Shown piece by piece: positions 59,911 to 64,000 of a stretch of 64,000 nt of DNA (the first letter of the stretch is position 1; each line of letters opens with the position of its first letter). Source of the stretch: Azolla caroliniana (lineage: Eukaryota > Plantae > Polypodiophyta); the NCBI GenBank assembly GCA_043228905.1, contig JBHGNT010000005.1, forward strand, positions 10,478,001-10,542,000. The letters run 5' to 3'. The notes beneath the pieces are model-generated. The model was not told where the DNA came from. It saw only the letters and a program-made list of their open reading frames with translations, and searched no databases. Both the position numbers and the translations under genes were made by a program.

Positions 59911-62198
59911 AGGTCGTATATTGCTGCTAACCGGTCCCTTGCCGGTCGGGACTGCTCTTCGTAGAGTTGATCCTCACCGGTCGACTTGGAGCTCTTCATC
60001 TTCTTCTCCGACTCCCAGTCGGCGAGTGTCTTGTCCTCCATGAAGATGATATCTCGACTCCTGAATATCTTCTTGTCGACCGGGTCCCATACTCGGTAGC
60101 CGAACTCGTCGTCGCCGTAACCGAGGAATATGCATGGCCGGGTCTTTGGATCTAACTTTCCTCTCCGGTCCTTTGCCACATGCACGTATGCGAGACACCC
60201 GAACACCTTCAGATGCCGGTAGGACACTTCCTTACCGGTCCACACTTTCTGCGGCGTGTCTCCGTCCAAAGGTACTGAGGGTGATCTATTTATCACATAC
60301 GTTGCCGTCGACATTGCCTCAGCCCAAAATCCCTTGGGTAATTTCGCATGTGCTAGCATACTCCGGACCCTCTCCATTATGGTCCGGTTCATCCTCTCGG
60401 CCAGCCCGTTCAGTTCCGGCGTCTTCGGCACAGTAAACTCGAGCCGGATTCCCTTTGAGCGACAGTACTTTGCGAACTGCCCCCGGTATTCCCCTCCGTT
60501 ATCCGCTCGTATCGCTTTCAGCTTCTTGCCGGATTCTCTTTCCACTCTCGCGTGGAGTTCTTTGAAGACGGACAATACTTGGTCCTTTGTCTTCAACGGT
60601 GCCGTCCACAGCTTCCGGCTATGGTCATCTATGAATGTTACGAAGTACTGAGCTCCGCCATGTGACTTCGCTTCTACTTGACACACGTCAGTGTGCACCA
60701 ACTCCAATGGTGCGCTACGTCTCGTCGGTGGCCTTGAGTGGAAGGAGGTTCGGTTCTGCTTACCGGCCAGGCAATCGGTGCACTTCTCCAGGTGCACGTG
60801 CTTCACTGGAATAAGGTTGTCTTCTGCAAGCCTCTTCATCCCCTTCTCACTCATGTGGCACAGTCTCTTGTGCCACAGCTCACCGGCAGTGTCGGCTGCC
60901 ACGTTCAACTCTTCCGGACACAGCCAGGCATTCATAAGGTACAGTGTGTTGACTTTCCGGGCCCGAGCCACTATCAGGCTCCCCTTGCTGAACTTCATTA
61001 CGCCGTTCCGGATGCTACCTGTGTAGCCTTCATCGTCTAGCCTCCCGGCCGAAATCAGGTTCAATCGAACCTCCGGAACGTGTCGGACATCCTTCAGCAA
61101 CATTTTGCATCCGGTCGAGGTTGTCAACCACACGTCTCCTATGCCGTGAATCAGGCACGTACCTTCATTTCCCATCCGAACACGGCCGTGCTCACCGGCT
61201 GTGTAGGATGAGAAGTATTTCTTCTCCGGGGTCAGGTGGAACGACGCTCCGGAATCGACCACCCAGGTCATCTCTACACCGGCAAGGTTCAGCTCCCTCT
61301 CTTCGGTAATGAGCATTATCTCTTCTTCACTTGCCGCGAGTGCCGTCGTTCCTTTCCGATCCGGACCTCTCCGGTCCGTGGCTCCCCGGTATGCACCGTT
61401 TCTCTCCGGTGACTTCTTCGAATCGGTGTCGTCGGCTCCGTTGTCCTTTCGGTAATGCCGACAATTCTTCCAGAAGTGCCCAGGCTTCCCAAAGTGGAAG
61501 CATGTGGGCCTTCCTCTTGACTGCGACCGGGTCCCCGACTTCTCCCGTCTTTGCGGACTCCGGTTCCATTGTCTTCCCCGATCCGATTCGGTAAGCAGCA
61601 TCTTCGGATTGGAAACCGGTTCTTTATCTCTCCGACGCGCTTCTTCGTTCAAAATGCTTGTCTTTACCGTTTGTAGAGACAAGTTATCTTCGGTGCAGGA
61701 GGTGCTGAGAGTCACCACCAAGTTCTCCCAGCTTTCCGGCAATGTACACATCAGAATGATGGCTTGCATTGCATCCTCCAACGGGAACTTGATCGCCGCA
61801 AGCTGGTTCACGAATCCCATGAACGTGCTCACGTGTTCCACCATATTCTCGCCGTCCCGGTACTTGAGGTTCACTATCTTCCTCATCAGGGAGGTCCGGT
61901 TCAACGCATTCTTCCTCTCGTAGAGGCCCGACAGCTTCTTCCACATCTCATATGCGTTGGTGTCGTTCGCCACATGTTGTAGAACGCTTACATCGACATA
62001 TTGCCGGATCGTCGCTACGGCTTTCCGGTTCAGGAGCTTCCACTCCGACTCTATTACCCCCTTGGGTATCTCGGCATTGTCGATCGGTTCATACAGGTCT
62101 CGGACGATGAGAAGATCTTCCATCTTTATCTTCCAGTCGGCGTAGTTCTGTGAGTTCAACACCATCATGCCCGGAGGCCCACTACCGCCGCCTTCCAT
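59892..62198 (-). CDS. Element O truncated Gag-PR-IN polyprotein
   Basis: WVVDSGASFH, WHKRLCH..CTDC, VHTDVC, ADNGGEY and NGLAERMN motifs; ORF ends in flanking DNA. Confidence 0.85.
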   Translation of the reverse strand: MEGGGSGPPGMMVLNSQNYADWKIKMEDLLIVRDLYEPIDNAEIPKGVIESEWKLLNRKAVATIRQYVDVSVLQHVANDTNAYEMWKKLSGLYERKNALNRTSLMRKIVNLKYRDGENMVEHVSTFMGFVNQLAAIKFPLEDAMQAIILMCTLPESWENLVVTLSTSCTEDNLSLQTVKTSILNEEARRRDKEPVSNPKMLLTESDRGRQWNRSPQRREKSGTRSQSRGRPTCFHFGKPGHFWKNCRHYRKDNGADDTDSKKSPERNGAYRGATDRRGPDRKGTTALAASEEEIMLITEERELNLAGVEMTWVVDSGASFHLTPEKKYFSSYTAGEHGRVRMGNEGTCLIHGIGDVWLTTSTGCKMLLKDVRHVPEVRLNLISAGRLDDEGYTGSIRNGVMKFSKGSLIVARARKVNTLYLMNAWLCPEELNVAADTAGELWHKRLCHMSEKGMKRLAEDNLIPVKHVHLEKCTDCLAGKQNRTSFHSRPPTRRSAPLELVHTDVCQVEAKSHGGAQYFVTFIDDHSRKLWTAPLKTKDQVLSVFKELHARVERESGKKLKAIRADNGGEYRGQFAKYCRSKGIRLEFTVPKTPELNGLAERMNRTIMERVRSMLAHAKLPKGFWAEAMSTATYVINRSPSVPLDGDTPQKVWTGKEVSYRHLKVFGCLAYVHVAKDRRGKLDPKTRPCIFLGYGDDEFGYRVWDPVDKKIFRSRDIIFMEDKTLADWESEKKMKSSKSTGEDQLYEEQSRPARDRLAAIYDLHSSGN

Positions 62199-62895
62199 TT
62201 TCTGTGTTACCGTCGCTCTGATACCACTTATTGTAAAACAACGCTCGGTCACAAACCGAGGAATAGGATCAACTCACAGAAAACGGGAAATGCAAAGTGC
62301 ACGAGGACAGTAGAGAGAGGAGTACACAGGATGTTTTACGTGGAAAACCCTAAATGGGAAAAACCACGGGAGTCCTCAAACTCCAACTATCACTATAAAC
62401 AGAGGTGTACAATGGTGAAGCTACAAGGCAACGACCTTGAGCTCACTGTCTTCGCCACAGGCGGCGGTGATACACAGAGATGTCGACCTCTTCCTTTATC
62501 TCCCTCTCTCTCTCGGCTGCTCTCACTTTGCTCTCTCAGCTGAAAACATAAAAATGAGCAACAACATTTAAACTGTTTGCCCTAAGTCATATTTATACAC
62601 ATATGACTTTCGGGCTATTTACAAATATAGCCTCAAGGGCTCTTGGCAAACATATTCACAAATATGTCCCCGCATCCGGATCTCTCTCCGGGTACATTCG
62701 TCATCCGGCTCCGTAGCCGGGGTCTTCATCATCCGGCTCCGTAACCGGGGTCTTCATCATCCGGCTCTGTAGCCGGGGTCTTCATCATCCGGCTCCGTAG
62801 CCGGGGTCTTCATCATCCGGCTCCGTAGCCGGGGTCTTCATCATCCGATTCCCGGACATCCGACCATCCCATCCGGAGGGACCGTAATCCCAACA
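59926..62895 (-). mobile_element. Element O: Tnt1-like Ty1/Copia, 5' half (LTR 62229-62895, PBS 62215-62226); RT, RH and 3' LTR lost
   Basis: PBS TGGTATCAGAGC; open gag-PR-IN ORF; LTR homologous to K and L. Confidence 0.9.
62701..62847. repeat. 28-bp tandem repeat x5 in U3 of the O LTR
   Basis: tcatccggctccgtagccggggtcttca at 62701, 62729, 62757, 62785 and 62813; no spacers. Confidence 0.92.
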
Positions 62896-63075
62896 ATTAC
62901 CGCCATTGTTCAGTCTTGGATTTGAATAACTATTCTGTCTATTGATTATCTTGTGTATTGTTCTATATAATCTTGTGTATTGCGGAATATTTTTGTGTAT
63001 AGTTGTTGCCCATAGCCATCTTTAATACGTGTCTTTTTTTCGGGAAAATTAGGGTTTAAACCCGTCAAGCCAAAT

Positions 63076-63835
63076 GGAAGGGTAAGGAGGGTGTTTAGAA
63101 TATCCCCTCAATGATCATCAAGATAAGAATGACACTATCAGGACACAACAAGCGATACGAAAGTATTGGGCAAAAAAAAGAAGAAAACAACGTCAATTGT
63201 TGAAGGATACGAAAACCACACTCACTAAAGGTAAAGATAGTATTGGTTGGGATATAGGTCTAAATATCACTGAGAATGGAAGTAATGAGACTATTATCAT
63301 AGAGAGAAAGGTTGTAGACTATTTCAATGTTCAAACCAAGCACATCAACAATAAAGACAAGAAGGTAGTACTTTATGTAATATTAAATCATCCATCAATA
63401 AAGGAGTTAGTTGATTGTAATGGTCTTAATGCAAACATAACATCTGTACTAGTAAATAATCTCCGTAATAGTTTTGTATCCATGAGCAGGTCAGAAGATG
63501 ATCTTGTCTTAAAAAGTTTTAGTCTAATGATGTCACTTAATAGTGATGTTGACGATATTAACATTAGTGTGCTATCTAAGGTAATTGGTGTTAGTAGAAA
63601 AAGTGTGTACAATACATTGAACCGAATAGTTTCCTCGGGTGAAGGAACTAGTCTGCTAAAGCTAACAACAAGATGTAAGCCAATGAGACCCATAACATCA
63701 GAAATCAAGGATATAATCACAATATTTTGGACTAATGAGAGTAGGGTTTCACACAATAAGAAGGATTTATGCAGGAAACATGTTGGAAGGAGTTAATACG
63801 AGGAGCATCCCATTCATCTTCTTGATGTACCTCAA
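63076..63835 (+). pseudogene. Probable DNA-transposase N-terminal remnant (Sola-like, tentative)
   Basis: HTH-like LSKVIGVSRKSV, then IFWTNESRVSHNKKD..RK..*YEEHPIHLL; in-frame stops; possible GT splice donor at 63836. Confidence 0.4.
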
Positions 63836-64000
63836 GTATTTACATTTATCTCAACATTTGTTTTGACTTTTGAGCTTAGTTAGTTAGCTTATTAGCTACC
63901 TCTAAATATGACCATAACCGAATAGCTAATTACTTACCTCACAATATGCCCATTGCGAACTAGCTACTAGTAATAGCTAATTAGCTCCCTAAGTATATCA

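Noticed and set aside
62701-62847. CRISPR array (28-bp palindromic repeats)
   Set aside because: Units are head-to-tail with no spacers, lie inside a Copia LTR, and there are no cas genes.

Overview
This window is a eukaryotic, gene-free pile of nested LTR retrotransposons. A non-seed plant such as a bryophyte is likely; this is inferred from the element types and a plant tRNA-Trp PBS. Using TG...CA termini, PBS/PPT signals and target-site duplications (TSDs), I resolved about 18 insertions (my labels). Ty3/Gypsy chromoviruses, Tcn1/Tf1-sushi-like: A, A2, B, B', N, N2. Non-chromovirus Gypsy with tRNA-Trp PBS and 4-bp TSDs: D (intact), C (gag-only), M, and LTRs G and G'. Two Ty1/Copia groups: E, F, H, I, J and Tnt1-like K, L, O. 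A probable DNA-transposase remnant lies at the right end. Nesting reaches five levels (I>B'>E>F>B/C/D). The most striking unexplained signal is that LTRs of both Gypsy lineages carry tRNA-like A-box/AGGTC/B-box modules with tRNA spacing (42-45 nt), mostly antisense at the outer U3 edge, while the Copia LTRs show none. Other notable signals: Tf1-type self-priming, -1 frameshift pseudoknots, phased heat-shock-element arrays, and CpG-centred 4-bp target sites. All coordinates and alignments were read by eye, and no database searches were run.
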